Positions 38,196 to 47,375 of a DNA stretch of 56,853 bases are shown one piece after another. The notes beneath the pieces were generated by a model. The model searched no databases and was not told the origin of the DNA. It saw nothing but the letters and a program-made list of their open reading frames with translations. Where the stretch lies: IMG/VR virus record IMGVR_UViG_3300034524_000079, positions 1 through 56,853 of that record. One strand, given 5' to 3'. The DNA is from a virus. Its lineage: Duplodnaviria > Caudoviricetes. The position numbers and the translations under genes were made by a program. The first letter of the stretch is position 1, and the number at the start of each line of letters is the position of its first letter.

Positions 38196-38757
38196 AGCTG
38201 ATGTCATGCTGGCGTATGTACCGAAGTTTATACAGCAGGTCCAGGCTTACAAGGCGGTTATAGATGCCCAGGGTGCTGAATTTGATACACTGCGTACCAA
38301 TATTGAGGATATCCTGAAACAATTTTATGTGGAAACCGCCACCGAGTGGGGCCTTGACCTTTGGGAACAGATGCTGGACCTGAAAAGCTATGCTGGAAAG
38401 CCCCTGGACCAGCGCCGCAGCAGGATAATATCAAAGCTAAGGGGTATGGGGACAGTAACCATTTCCCTGATTAAAAACGTGGCCGAAAGTTATGTGAATG
38501 GAACGGTGGAGGTTGCTGAAAACACCTCCGAGTACGGATTCACAATTAAGTTCATTGATACGCGCGGGGTACCACCGAACTTGGATGATTTGAAAAACGC
38601 AATAGAAGAGATAAAGCCGGCCCATCTGGCTGTGGAATATAAATTCCGTTATCTAATTTGGGATGAACTGGATAACATAAACACAACTTGGGATTCGCTA
38701 GATGCGCATCTTTATAGCTGGGATCAGCTAGAGGTTCTGGACCCAGCTACTTATTAA
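38188..38757 (+). CDS. Baseplate protein (XkdU/YmfQ, DUF2313-like)
   Basis: TATEWGLDLWE and IKPAHL motifs; C-terminal WD-x-L repeats. Confidence 0.85.
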   Translation: MSRADVMLAYVPKFIQQVQAYKAVIDAQGAEFDTLRTNIEDILKQFYVETATEWGLDLWEQMLDLKSYAGKPLDQRRSRIISKLRGMGTVTISLIKNVAESYVNGTVEVAENTSEYGFTIKFIDTRGVPPNLDDLKNAIEEIKPAHLAVEYKFRYLIWDELDNINTTWDSLDAHLYSWDQLEVLDPATY

Positions 38758-38797
38758 TTATGATTGCAATTTACCGGGTTTGGTTGGAGGTGACTTA

Positions 38798-38956
38798 ATG
38801 AAATACCGAAACGGACAAAGAGTATTCATTGTCCTCAAAGGAGAAACCAAAAAGGCAACAGTCATCGAATACAACAATGAAAATTATATTGTACAGCTGC
38901 TCGATGGGAGCAAGGTGGTTATTAAAGAGAGTGACATTGTAAGTGAAACATATTAA
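38798..38956 (+). CDS. Small hypothetical protein
   Basis: Hand-translated, 52 aa; GGAGGTG RBS. Confidence 0.55.
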   Translation: MKYRNGQRVFIVLKGETKKATVIEYNNENYIVQLLDGSKVVIKESDIVSETY

Positions 38957-38971
38957 TAAGGGGTGAGTTAA

Positions 38972-39649
38972 TTGCCAAACTATTTCAACCTAACGCTTGA
39001 CACCACGGGCCCGGCGAACCCCAGCATAACAATAGAGGGCGGGGCTCAATATGCAACTCAGCAATTAGTTGACTGTGCTATTGGTACTACAGACGGGAAC
39101 ACGACCGGGTACCAGATGAAAATTTGGGGTGATGTAGATACCGCCTATGACACTGATGTGCAAGGCACGGAGGCAACATCAAACTGGATAACGTTCCAAG
39201 AATCAAAGCAGGTAAAATTAGCAAGCGGTGATGGCAATAAAACACTGTATGTCCGTATCCGTGACGACGTGCATAACGAATCTGGCCAGGCCAGCGACAG
39301 CATAAACCTTGATACCACGAAACCGGTAGTTACGATTTCCGGACCGGACGTAACTAAAATTTCTAAAGTGGCTGGCAAGGATGTCTGTGCTTTCAGCTTC
39401 CAGGTAGATTCTAACTTTACAGAGTATAAGGTTAAAGTTGTGTCCAGCACGGGTGCATCCCACGATACCGGTACTGTTATACCCACGACTGCCGGTTCAA
39501 CCAATATGTCAGACAGTGGCAGTTTTGCAGCCACCACACCCATCGACTGTTCCATAAAAGGCGCAGACCTTGAAGCAGCAAGCGCCGGGGACGGTACTAA
39601 GATAATTAAAGTGTTCGCAAAGGACGAGGCTGGAAACTGGAGTGCGTAA
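38972..39649 (+). CDS. Ig-like beta-sandwich virion protein
   Basis: LDTT.P...I repeated; GDGNKT.YV...D..HN.S and GDG.K.I....KDEAGNWS motifs. Confidence 0.7.
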   Translation: MPNYFNLTLDTTGPANPSITIEGGAQYATQQLVDCAIGTTDGNTTGYQMKIWGDVDTAYDTDVQGTEATSNWITFQESKQVKLASGDGNKTLYVRIRDDVHNESGQASDSINLDTTKPVVTISGPDVTKISKVAGKDVCAFSFQVDSNFTEYKVKVVSSTGASHDTGTVIPTTAGSTNMSDSGSFAATTPIDCSIKGADLEAASAGDGTKIIKVFAKDEAGNWSA

Positions 39650-39652
39650 GTT

Positions 39653-40138
39653 ATGACCGCACCCAATATTGTGATTAAATCAGTAAGCCAGGCAAAAATC
39701 AGCGACGAACCCGGAATGGATAACTGCGAAGTGCAATTCCTTGCTGATCAGGACCTGGTGGATTGGGAAGCCCGGGCGGATGGAAGCGGGGTAAAGCAGG
39801 GGCTTTTGGTCGGCAAAGCAGTGACTGACCCTATCCCAAAAACTTGGGATGAGCTTGACACGAAGGCATATTCCTGGGATCAATTCGATGCTTTAAGTCA
39901 AACCTGGGATGAGCTGGATGACCGGCGCATACTAATTCCGGACACTACCTGGGACGAGTTAGATGCCCTGGCGCAGACGTGGGACCAGCTTAATGCGAAA
40001 AGTGAAACCTGGAATGAGTTTGACGGCCGGGAGGCATCTTTCATCGTTAAGGACGAGGAACTTACCCTGGGCGATAAAACATATCGCATAAACGTATACG
40101 GTAAAAATGAAGCCGGGGAGTGGACACCCTATGGCTAA
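39653..40138 (+). CDS. Virion protein with inserted TWDELD repeats
   Basis: Resembles the C-terminal half of the preceding ORF; six (T/S)W(D/N)(E/Q)(L/F)(D/N) repeats. Confidence 0.65.
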   Translation: MTAPNIVIKSVSQAKISDEPGMDNCEVQFLADQDLVDWEARADGSGVKQGLLVGKAVTDPIPKTWDELDTKAYSWDQFDALSQTWDELDDRRILIPDTTWDELDALAQTWDQLNAKSETWNEFDGREASFIVKDEELTLGDKTYRINVYGKNEAGEWTPYG

Positions 40139-40619
40139 TTTTTTTCAGTTAGAATTAGACACATCCCCGCCGGTAATATCGATAACTGCACCAAGTTACA
40201 CGGTACCACATATCGACACTGAAATAATTATCTCATCCGACGAACCCCTGGATAACTACCAGGAGTTTTTTATTGTCGACAGTGCGGGCACCAGGCATGA
40301 TGTGATATTTGATTACCTGGGAGACTCCTTCCGGGGAGTGATAGACTTCTGGGATTACGCTCTCGGAATAGCCACTATTTATGCCCGGGTGAGGGACGAG
40401 ATGCATAACCTATCCCAGATTGTCATGGCCACGATAGACATTAAGAAAGCGGCTCAAGTATTTATCACAATTAAGGATATTTTCAAGGATATACAAATAA
40501 CCGAAAACATAATGCCGCTGGCTATATCGCAAAACCAAAGGGAAGTGCAAATATCAGAAACAACCAGGGAAGTGATGCTTGATGAAATGACGCGGAAAGT
40601 TGAGGTGGCGGCAAAATGA
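40131..40619 (+). CDS. Ig-like virion protein
   Basis: NFFQLELDTSPP start parallels the 38972 ORF (NYFNLTLDTTGP). Confidence 0.65.
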   Translation: MANFFQLELDTSPPVISITAPSYTVPHIDTEIIISSDEPLDNYQEFFIVDSAGTRHDVIFDYLGDSFRGVIDFWDYALGIATIYARVRDEMHNLSQIVMATIDIKKAAQVFITIKDIFKDIQITENIMPLAISQNQREVQISETTREVMLDEMTRKVEVAAK

Positions 40620-40900
40620 AGCAGCATATTCAAATGGGTAACACCGTAAGGCTTACAGCCCAATTTAGCGACTGGGACGGTAACCCAGTGGACCCGGCCC
40701 TTATAAAAGTCAAGTTCTATGATACCAGGTTCAAGCTACTTGAAGAACACAGCGTCGGGGCTGCCAACAAATTGGATGTGGGCAGCTATTATTTTGATTA
40801 CGTTCCTCAAGTTCCCGACACCATTTATTACGAATGGTACGCGGAAATTGACGGGCTGCCGTCACTAAAACGTGAAAGCTTGACGGTGCGAAAAATTTAG
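40616..40900 (+). CDS. Hypothetical tail-associated protein
   Basis: GNTVRL.A.F.D..G..VDP motif; gene order. Confidence 0.6.
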   Translation: MKQHIQMGNTVRLTAQFSDWDGNPVDPALIKVKFYDTRFKLLEEHSVGAANKLDVGSYYFDYVPQVPDTIYYEWYAEIDGLPSLKRESLTVRKI

Positions 40901-40913
40901 GGAGGTGTAAAGA

Positions 40914-41537
40914 TTGCCAGAACAAACACCTAAACTTGGCATCAAAAAGCCACTGGGAAATGAAACAGTATCCCGGGCGGCTTTTAATGAAAATTACGAT
41001 ATTATCGACCAAAATGCCGCTGCCCAGGCTGACCTTGATGCGCATTTGGCCGATACTGCGCCACACTCTGCAACCTCGTCGCCAACAGCAAACCGATTGG
41101 TTTTGCGCGATTCAAGTGGTAGGGCACAATTTGTTTCGGCCATGGTTGAATATTCCCCTGCCAGTGTAGATACCCCAGGAAATGAATACCCTGTCGGTAT
41201 ATCATACTCTAATGTCAGTATCAGTAGTGGTTGGCCTTTTGGTGGCACGCTTCAAACAATCCACATTAGTAATATCCGTATAATGCAAATATTAATGGAA
41301 CACGGCAACAGTACGATTGGAACGGGTGCGCCTAGAGTGTACTTCAGAGCGTGGCACTACGAACGTGGTAATTGGGCTAATTGGAGACAAATAAACCTCG
41401 AACAAGGAACGGGCAGTCCTGAAGGAGTGCTCACAGCTAACGTAGGCACAATCTACCAGAGGCTTGATGGTGGTGCAGGTACGACATTGTACGTCAAAGA
41501 ATCCGGTACCGGAAATACAGGGTGGGTGGCAAAATGA
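40914..41537 (+). CDS. Tail fibre/receptor-binding protein
   Basis: TPKLG...P...E....FNENYDIID anchor; knob-like YFR......W.NW; terminal GSPEGV.TA..G..Y....GG....LYVK.SG.GNTGW. Confidence 0.75.
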   Translation: MPEQTPKLGIKKPLGNETVSRAAFNENYDIIDQNAAAQADLDAHLADTAPHSATSSPTANRLVLRDSSGRAQFVSAMVEYSPASVDTPGNEYPVGISYSNVSISSGWPFGGTLQTIHISNIRIMQILMEHGNSTIGTGAPRVYFRAWHYERGNWANWRQINLEQGTGSPEGVLTANVGTIYQRLDGGAGTTLYVKESGTGNTGWVAK

Positions 41538-41758
41538 TAAAAGAGTGTGTAGTTTTAAATGGGAAGGTTATAAATGTTGGGCCTTGGGATGACCAGGGAG
41601 GCAGTAATCCAATCCCTGATGGCGCAGTTGTTGAGGAAAGAGATTTTGAGTACCATCCAGATAGAGGTTGGTATGAGGTAGGAAATCCTGCTATTCCAAC
41701 AGCAGAAGAACGGTTAGAGGCTCTTGAAATGGCTATGTTAGCCATGCTTGACCTATAA
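41534..41758 (+). CDS. Tail fibre chaperone-like protein (XkdW-like position)
   Basis: PT.EERLEALE motif; lies between the fibre and the XkdX-like gene. Confidence 0.55.
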   Translation: MIKECVVLNGKVINVGPWDDQGGSNPIPDGAVVEERDFEYHPDRGWYEVGNPAIPTAEERLEALEMAMLAMLDL

Positions 41759-41777
41759 AATCATAGGAGGTAAACAA

Positions 41778-41909
41778 ATGATGTATCAATTCATTCTTAA
41801 TATGTGGATTATGGGCAAAATCACTGAGGAAAAGGTTAATTCATATGTTGCCAAGGGCTTTATTACCCAGGAACAAGCAAATATGATTCTAGCAACGCCT
41901 CAGCTTTAA
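41778..41909 (+). CDS. XkdX-like small protein
   Basis: Hand-translated ...V..YVAKGFITQEQA..I; AGGAGG RBS. Confidence 0.7.
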   Translation: MMYQFILNMWIMGKITEEKVNSYVAKGFITQEQANMILATPQL

Positions 41910-41951
41910 TATCACAGTAGGCAAATAAACGCATTATTAGGCAAGGGACTA

Positions 41952-41980
41952 TGTACAAAGTGAATGTGTAATTCTATAAT
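41952..41980 (+). promoter_or_regulatory. Putative sigma-A promoter of the moron
   Basis: TGTACA-17 nt-TATAAT upstream of AAGGAG RBS and ATG 42019. Confidence 0.55.
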
Positions 41981-42018
41981 ATTAGTATATTTAATTTCTT
42001 TAGTTAAGGAGAAACATC

Positions 42019-43260
42019 ATGTCGTTAGAAGAATTAATCCAATCTTTGCCTGATAGTGCAGTTAGAAAAATGAATAATTTCCAAGAAAAGAAAGACTCTC
42101 TATCCGCATATCAACTTGCAAGGCACCTAATAGATATAAAAATGACCCAAATTATACCGGAAATTTTTAGTAACATCCTTCCGATAAAAATTAGAACTGA
42201 TGAAACCGAATTTTATGGAATGCTTATGGAAATATACTGTTTCTGGGTTAATAGACATTACAAAAAAAATGAGGCCATCAATATTATTCAAGATTTAATT
42301 GAGCGTGACTTTGCCATAAATGGTGAAAGTTATTGGTATTTCCATCACCGTGCACATATTGCGGAGAACCTAAAGCATAATTCTTTTGAAGCTGATACAT
42401 TTTATGCGCTGGCGGCATCAAAAGCTAAAGGTTTAAATTTATATCATATCACTAATGGCATATTCACTATACGACCTGATGAATATGTAAAAGAGTTGTT
42501 AACTAAACAGGAACCTGAATTTACTCATAGAAATTTCAAAATAATAGATTATTATAAGCCGGACAGATATAAAGATTGTGTATATCTCGTTTGTGCCGAT
42601 GCCAATTATTTCAAATTATATTCAGAACTTCTAATAAATAGTGTGATTGAAATGGAACCAGAAAATATAGTTGTTCACTTTCATATTATTAATCCAGACC
42701 AAGATTGTCTTGAATTAGCTAAAAGATTAAGTAGGTTATCTCGTACAAATTACAGCGTAGAGTACATTAATTTCCCTGACGGAATGATCGAAAGAAGTAA
42801 GATGGCATATTACACAACCCCAAGATACACACTTATTCCCGAGCTAATGGACCGCTATGGAACAGATTTCATTGTTACGGATATTGATGTATCTATTAAG
42901 GAGAAATGGAATAACTTTCTTGAGGTTACTCGCAAGCATGATTTAGCCCTTTCTTCTGGGGTTCTGAGCCAACAAAATTATTATCCATGGACACGTGTAT
43001 CGGCAGGGTTATCTTACTTTGGTAATAATTCGCTTTCTCGTGCATACTTAAAGATTGTTAAAAAATACATTACTACTTTTTTTGATTTTTCGCCTTCCGG
43101 GGTTAATTGGTTGATAGATCAGAACGCTTTATGGAAAGCTCATAAGTTGCTTAATTTAACTGCCTACGATAATCGAGTTGGGAAAATACATCTTGCTATG
43201 CTTGTGAATCTGGCCCAAGATCATCCACAGGGGAAAAAGGGGTTCATTCAAAAAAAGTAA
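42019..43260 (+). CDS. AT-rich moron; putative GT-A (nucleotide-diphospho-sugar) glycosyltransferase
   Basis: CADANYF, HFHIINP, R...IPELM, VTDID (DxD), SAG and W..DQNAL motifs; own promoter and terminator. Confidence 0.6.
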   Translation: MSLEELIQSLPDSAVRKMNNFQEKKDSLSAYQLARHLIDIKMTQIIPEIFSNILPIKIRTDETEFYGMLMEIYCFWVNRHYKKNEAINIIQDLIERDFAINGESYWYFHHRAHIAENLKHNSFEADTFYALAASKAKGLNLYHITNGIFTIRPDEYVKELLTKQEPEFTHRNFKIIDYYKPDRYKDCVYLVCADANYFKLYSELLINSVIEMEPENIVVHFHIINPDQDCLELAKRLSRLSRTNYSVEYINFPDGMIERSKMAYYTTPRYTLIPELMDRYGTDFIVTDIDVSIKEKWNNFLEVTRKHDLALSSGVLSQQNYYPWTRVSAGLSYFGNNSLSRAYLKIVKKYITTFFDFSPSGVNWLIDQNALWKAHKLLNLTAYDNRVGKIHLAMLVNLAQDHPQGKKGFIQKK

Positions 43261-43276
43261 TAATAGTTTAAGAATT

Positions 43277-43312
43277 GTTCGTCGCATTTGGATTTTTATG
43301 CGACGAAAAAAA
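43277..43312. terminator. Hairpin terminator after the moron
   Basis: TTCGTCGCAT...ATGCGACGAA inverted repeat with an A-run. Confidence 0.55.
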
Positions 43313-43342
43313 CGCCCCTTCTAGGGCATTGAAAAACTATTC

Positions 43343-43561
43343 TTAAGGTAATAAATCATATTTTGGGGCGAGGGCGTTGCCTTTTTTAATTGCATCATTA
43401 TCAGATTCAGCTGTAAACATTTCAAGAAATTTCCGGTTACTTAATACGTTCCCTGATGGTTTTTTAAGTATTGCGTACTCATTAGATAAATCGTTTTTCT
43501 TGATAATCCAAAATATTTCTGAATTATCATGAGAAATTAATTTACTCCATTCCGCATTCAT
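43343..43561 (-). CDS. Small hypothetical protein
   Basis: AAGGAGTG RBS on the minus strand; AT-rich. Confidence 0.55.
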   Translation of the reverse strand: MNAEWSKLISHDNSEIFWIIKKNDLSNEYAILKKPSGNVLSNRKFLEMFTAESDNDAIKKGNALAPKYDLLP

Positions 43562-43700
43562 TTTACTCGATTCACTCCTTTATTATGCTTTTTTAAAAGA
43601 TATTAAACATTAAGTGAGTGTTTCCTTTAAAAAAGAATGCCGAAATTAAGGCGCCCATCGGGGCGTTATTTTTATGCCCTGGTTTCTGAATAGGGGGTGA

Positions 43701-43970
43701 TTGCCATTGACGGATAGAGACATCTTGAACGAAATGCGGGAAGACATAAGGGAGATGAAAAAATCAATAGAGGGATTACTTAGATTTGAGCGGAAGGCGT
43801 TGGAAAACTACGTTACTATTGAGCACTGTGAGAGGAACCGACAGGGATGCCTTGAACAGCGGAAGATGCAGGAGCAAAACTTTAAGTGGGGCGTAGGTAT
43901 TATACTTACTTTAGGCGCACTTACCATTTCTGCTCTGGTGGCTTTAGGTGGGTGGGCCACAGGGAAGTGA
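43701..43970 (+). CDS. XhlA-like/holin-associated membrane protein
   Basis: Coiled coil plus a C-terminal transmembrane helix at the start of the lysis module. Confidence 0.6.
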   Translation: MPLTDRDILNEMREDIREMKKSIEGLLRFERKALENYVTIEHCERNRQGCLEQRKMQEQNFKWGVGIILTLGALTISALVALGGWATGK

Positions 43971-43974
43971 CGTA

Positions 43975-44175
43975 ATGATTGATGAACTGGAATGGACGTG
44001 CCCGGACTGTGGCCTCCAACAAAAGGATATGATCTACAGTATTAAGGGCTCTACTTTACGATGTAAAAAATGCTTAGGCACATACGGGTTCTATTTTAAA
44101 GGCCCCTATCTTTTCAAGATGCTGGCGGGTGTTCGGAAGGAATCAATACAAAAAAATAAGGAGAGGGTAAAATGA
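43975..44175 (+). CDS. Small zinc-ribbon protein
   Basis: CPDC and CKKC motifs. Confidence 0.55.
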   Translation: MIDELEWTCPDCGLQQKDMIYSIKGSTLRCKKCLGTYGFYFKGPYLFKMLAGVRKESIQKNKERVK

Positions 44176-45269
44176 TTCAGTTAGCTGATTTTAAAGTCAT
44201 GGCCACTGCTGCGGATCCCCCGCAGCTTTCTTATGCCACAAAAATGCTGGGTGTAGAGTTAGAGTGGCCGGAAACCAAGGGCGCAGGGGTAAAGGTAGCG
44301 GTTATTGATACCGGTGCCGACATTAAACATCCAGACCTGCAGCACTTGGCTGATGCTGTTGACTTCACCGGTGAAGGCCCAAATGACGGGAACGGTCACG
44401 GTACATGGTGCCTGGGTGCTATCGGGGCCCGGGGCAAAATGACGGGAGCAGCACCTGAAGTAGAATTATACTCCGTGAAAGGGCTAAAAAATAATGGGTC
44501 CGGTGAAACATCTCACCTATTAAAATCCTTAGAATGGTGCCTGGCCAACAAAATGGATATAGTGAGTATGTCATGGGGCGGCGGCATGCCGCTTAATGTG
44601 CAGAAGCAATATCGAGAAATTCTAGGTGAAATGGTAAAGCAGGGGATTAAACCGGTAGCGGCCGCCGGCAATCTTTACAGGTTGTTCCCGGACGAAGATA
44701 CTGTAATATTCCCGGCCGATTTCCCTGACACAATTGCGGTGGCCAGTGTCAATATTGAAAAGCGCCATTCCCCGTTTAGCAGCGCAGGTAAAAACATCGA
44801 TGTGGCCGTAGCAGGAGAAGAGGTGTGGGGCCTGTGGAAAGGGCAAACCTATGCAAAGGTTTCCGGTACATCTATGGCCTGTCCGGCATACGCTGCTGCA
44901 CTGGCTATTTTCGACGGCAAGTCCATGCTCCGGTTTAATCGTAAGTTGACGCTGGAGGAAGCCCGATTAATTGGTAATATCTACGCCGAAGATCGTGGCG
45001 AAAAAGGTCCTGACAGGAAGTATGGGTTTGGTGTATTTTCCTTTGGCCGTATCTCTGATGGAGGTCTTGCTCCTGACCGTGCGTCCATTGATCTTAAATT
45101 TGAAGTGGGTAGCACCCGGTACTGGAAGAACGGTGTAGAGAAACGGGCATGCCTTGCTCCGTTCATCACTCCGGAGGATAGGGCAGTATTAAGTATTCGT
45201 GATGTTGGCGAGGCTTTTGACGCTTACGTTGACGGCAACAACCTGCCTTTCATTACGGTCAAGAGGTGA
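44172..45269 (+). CDS. Subtilisin-like S8 serine protease with C-terminal stalk/cell-surface domain
   Basis: Catalytic triad motifs VIDTG, HGT and GTSMA; oxyanion AAGN; C-terminus resembles a copper-amine-oxidase N-terminal domain. Confidence 0.9.
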   Translation: MIQLADFKVMATAADPPQLSYATKMLGVELEWPETKGAGVKVAVIDTGADIKHPDLQHLADAVDFTGEGPNDGNGHGTWCLGAIGARGKMTGAAPEVELYSVKGLKNNGSGETSHLLKSLEWCLANKMDIVSMSWGGGMPLNVQKQYREILGEMVKQGIKPVAAAGNLYRLFPDEDTVIFPADFPDTIAVASVNIEKRHSPFSSAGKNIDVAVAGEEVWGLWKGQTYAKVSGTSMACPAYAAALAIFDGKSMLRFNRKLTLEEARLIGNIYAEDRGEKGPDRKYGFGVFSFGRISDGGLAPDRASIDLKFEVGSTRYWKNGVEKRACLAPFITPEDRAVLSIRDVGEAFDAYVDGNNLPFITVKR

Positions 45270-45275
45270 TATTGG

Positions 45276-45764
45276 ATGAGTATTGAGGATGTCATTAGGG
45301 ACCCCGCCAATGAAAGCACTACAATTCAGGCACTTGATTGGACCTATATTATTATCCACCATACCGGAGCATGGGAGAAGAGCCCCCAGCAGGTAAAGGA
45401 TTATCATCTGTCCTTGGGTTGGCGTGACGTAGGATACAACTACCTGATTGATTATGCTGGGAAGGTGCATGCCGGTCGATCCCTGAGCATTCCCGGGGCG
45501 CACTGTATTGCCGGAAATATGAATTTTCGTGGTATAGGCGTTGCGCTGCTGGGTAATTTCGAGGAAAAGAAACCAACACCGAACCAGATGAACAGCCTAT
45601 TTGCTCTTAGCGCTGAGTTGTGTGCGGAGCACCAGGTTCATCCGGATAGGATACTTGGTCATGGGGAAGTGCCAGGAGCATATACAGGATGCCCTGGGAG
45701 ATATTTGGATTTATCAGCGGTGCGGCGGGTTGTGAAGCGTGTGGTAATAAAAAATGATATTTGA
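45276..45764 (+). CDS. N-acetylmuramoyl-L-alanine amidase endolysin (Amidase_2/PGRP type)
   Basis: IIIHHT, GW.DVGYNYLI, GAHC and GH.E.....T.CPG motifs; no cell-wall-binding domain. Confidence 0.9.
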   Translation: MSIEDVIRDPANESTTIQALDWTYIIIHHTGAWEKSPQQVKDYHLSLGWRDVGYNYLIDYAGKVHAGRSLSIPGAHCIAGNMNFRGIGVALLGNFEEKKPTPNQMNSLFALSAELCAEHQVHPDRILGHGEVPGAYTGCPGRYLDLSAVRRVVKRVVIKNDI

Positions 45765-45790
45765 TTATCAGGAAAGGATAAGGTGATAAC

Positions 45791-46126
45791 ATGCCAAATG
45801 AATTCATTACAATTGATTACCTGGCCACCTTCGCCGGTATGGTGGTTACCGTGGCCCTGGTTGTTCAGTTCACCAAAAGCGTTTTGAAGAAGAAGTTTAA
45901 AGACTGGGTGATCCGGTTATATGCGTTGGCCTGGGCTTGGGTGCTGCAGGCTTTTTTACTATTTGTTAAAGGCAACTTGACTGTAGAAGCTGTTGGCTTG
46001 GCCGTGCTTAATGGTTTCCTAGTGGCCCTGGCGGCCGCCGGCACTTATGAGACTATCGCTGACCCGGGGGCCGCCAAAGCTAAATTAAATAGTCGATATA
46101 CGGAGGCAACTAAATCAAGGAGGTGA
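45791..46126 (+). CDS. Holin
   Basis: Three hydrophobic helices and a basic C-terminus; follows the endolysin. Confidence 0.78.
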   Translation: MPNEFITIDYLATFAGMVVTVALVVQFTKSVLKKKFKDWVIRLYALAWAWVLQAFLLFVKGNLTVEAVGLAVLNGFLVALAAAGTYETIADPGAAKAKLNSRYTEATKSRR

Positions 46127-46156
46127 AAGCCTCCTGAGATTGTTGCCTCGTTGTTG

Positions 46157-46183
46157 CCCCTGACCGGAAGGTCGGGGGTTTTT
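46157..46183 (+). terminator. Terminator of the late operon
   Basis: CCCCTGACC-ggaa-GGTCGGGGG followed by a T-run. Confidence 0.7.
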
Positions 46184-47360
46184 ATCTTTTTTTCTTTCGT
46201 TTAATCTCGTTTATTAAGCTTAAATTAAGTACGTTTTCTTCTCTGCTTAACATCTTTTCTGGTAGAAACAATAAGGAGGTAATTTCATCCTTGTTCATTG
46301 AAAATTGATCCAATAGCTCATCAACCGAAAATATAGAGTTATCAATTAAAAGTTCTAATGCTTGTTTGAAAAGATATGGTTGTTCAAACTTAATAACATT
46401 ATCCAAAGGTTCTCTTTTTTTGTAACCTTTTTTATTGATTTGCATAAATAAATATCTGGTTTGGTTTTCGGTAAGCAGTTGAAGGTTTCTGCAACGCATA
46501 ATCATGGCTTGAATAGATACTTTCCACCGTTTTTTTAACATAATAAAATGGTCAATTGAAACAGATGTTATATCACTGGAAAAGGAATCATAAGGCAAAA
46601 GAAAAGCACCAGCAAAGTACATTGCTTCCTCTTCAACTCTATCAAAAACCTCTTTTTTGGATAATTCGGACTGATCAATATTAGGATGCAAAATTAAGTG
46701 ACCAAGTTCGTGAGCCAAATCAAACCTAGCTCTTACAGCAGAATCGAATCCAGTACCGTATACGATATATGGGACGTTGTGGTACCATTGAGAGAAAGCA
46801 TCAACTTTTTTGTTTTTTATGCCAATATTACAAATAACAAAGCCTTTTTCTTGTAGTAGACTTACCATGTTAGGAATGGGGGCTTTACCAAGATCCCAGT
46901 GTTCTCTTAAGCGCTCAGCTACTTCTTCAATTATCGAGTAGTCTAAATCATCTGTTATTAAATCACTAAAGTCAGGCAAATCAACCTTTGGAAAATCAAT
47001 ATATTTACTTAAAAATTGATAAAATTCATCTGTCCACTTTATGCGATATTTATATGATTCCTTGTCTTTTTTCGTAGCACTTTTCATGCTGCGAAAATAT
47101 ACTGCACTATTTGAATAATCTTCGTTTATATTATTTTGGGGCTTTTTGAAAAACCTAACTGGGAAATCAAGCACTTCGGACATCTTCATCAAGACAGCTG
47201 GGCTAGGTTTTGATAAACCCAATTCGTATTGAGATATTGCTTGGCTAGATACGCCGACAAGTTCAGATAACCCTTTTAATGAATAACCCCTTGCTAATCT
47301 AGCCTCTTTTATTCTTGATGGAATAATATGTACTTGATCTTTATTGAAATGGCTTTTCAT
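46182..47360 (-). CDS. XRE HTH fused to ImmA/IrrE (M78) metallopeptidase
   Basis: N-terminal HTH (VGVSSQAISQYELG); RFDLAHELGH (HExxH) and E.EA..FAGAFLLP motifs. Confidence 0.9.
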   Translation of the reverse strand: MKSHFNKDQVHIIPSRIKEARLARGYSLKGLSELVGVSSQAISQYELGLSKPSPAVLMKMSEVLDFPVRFFKKPQNNINEDYSNSAVYFRSMKSATKKDKESYKYRIKWTDEFYQFLSKYIDFPKVDLPDFSDLITDDLDYSIIEEVAERLREHWDLGKAPIPNMVSLLQEKGFVICNIGIKNKKVDAFSQWYHNVPYIVYGTGFDSAVRARFDLAHELGHLILHPNIDQSELSKKEVFDRVEEEAMYFAGAFLLPYDSFSSDITSVSIDHFIMLKKRWKVSIQAMIMRCRNLQLLTENQTRYLFMQINKKGYKKREPLDNVIKFEQPYLFKQALELLIDNSIFSVDELLDQFSMNKDEITSLLFLPEKMLSREENVLNLSLINEIKRKKKR

Positions 47361-47375
47361 AAATACCCCTTCCCT

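Noticed and set aside
39840-40024. Diversity-generating retroelement template/variable repeats
   Set aside because: No reverse transcriptase in the genome, and the differences between repeats are not adenine-specific.
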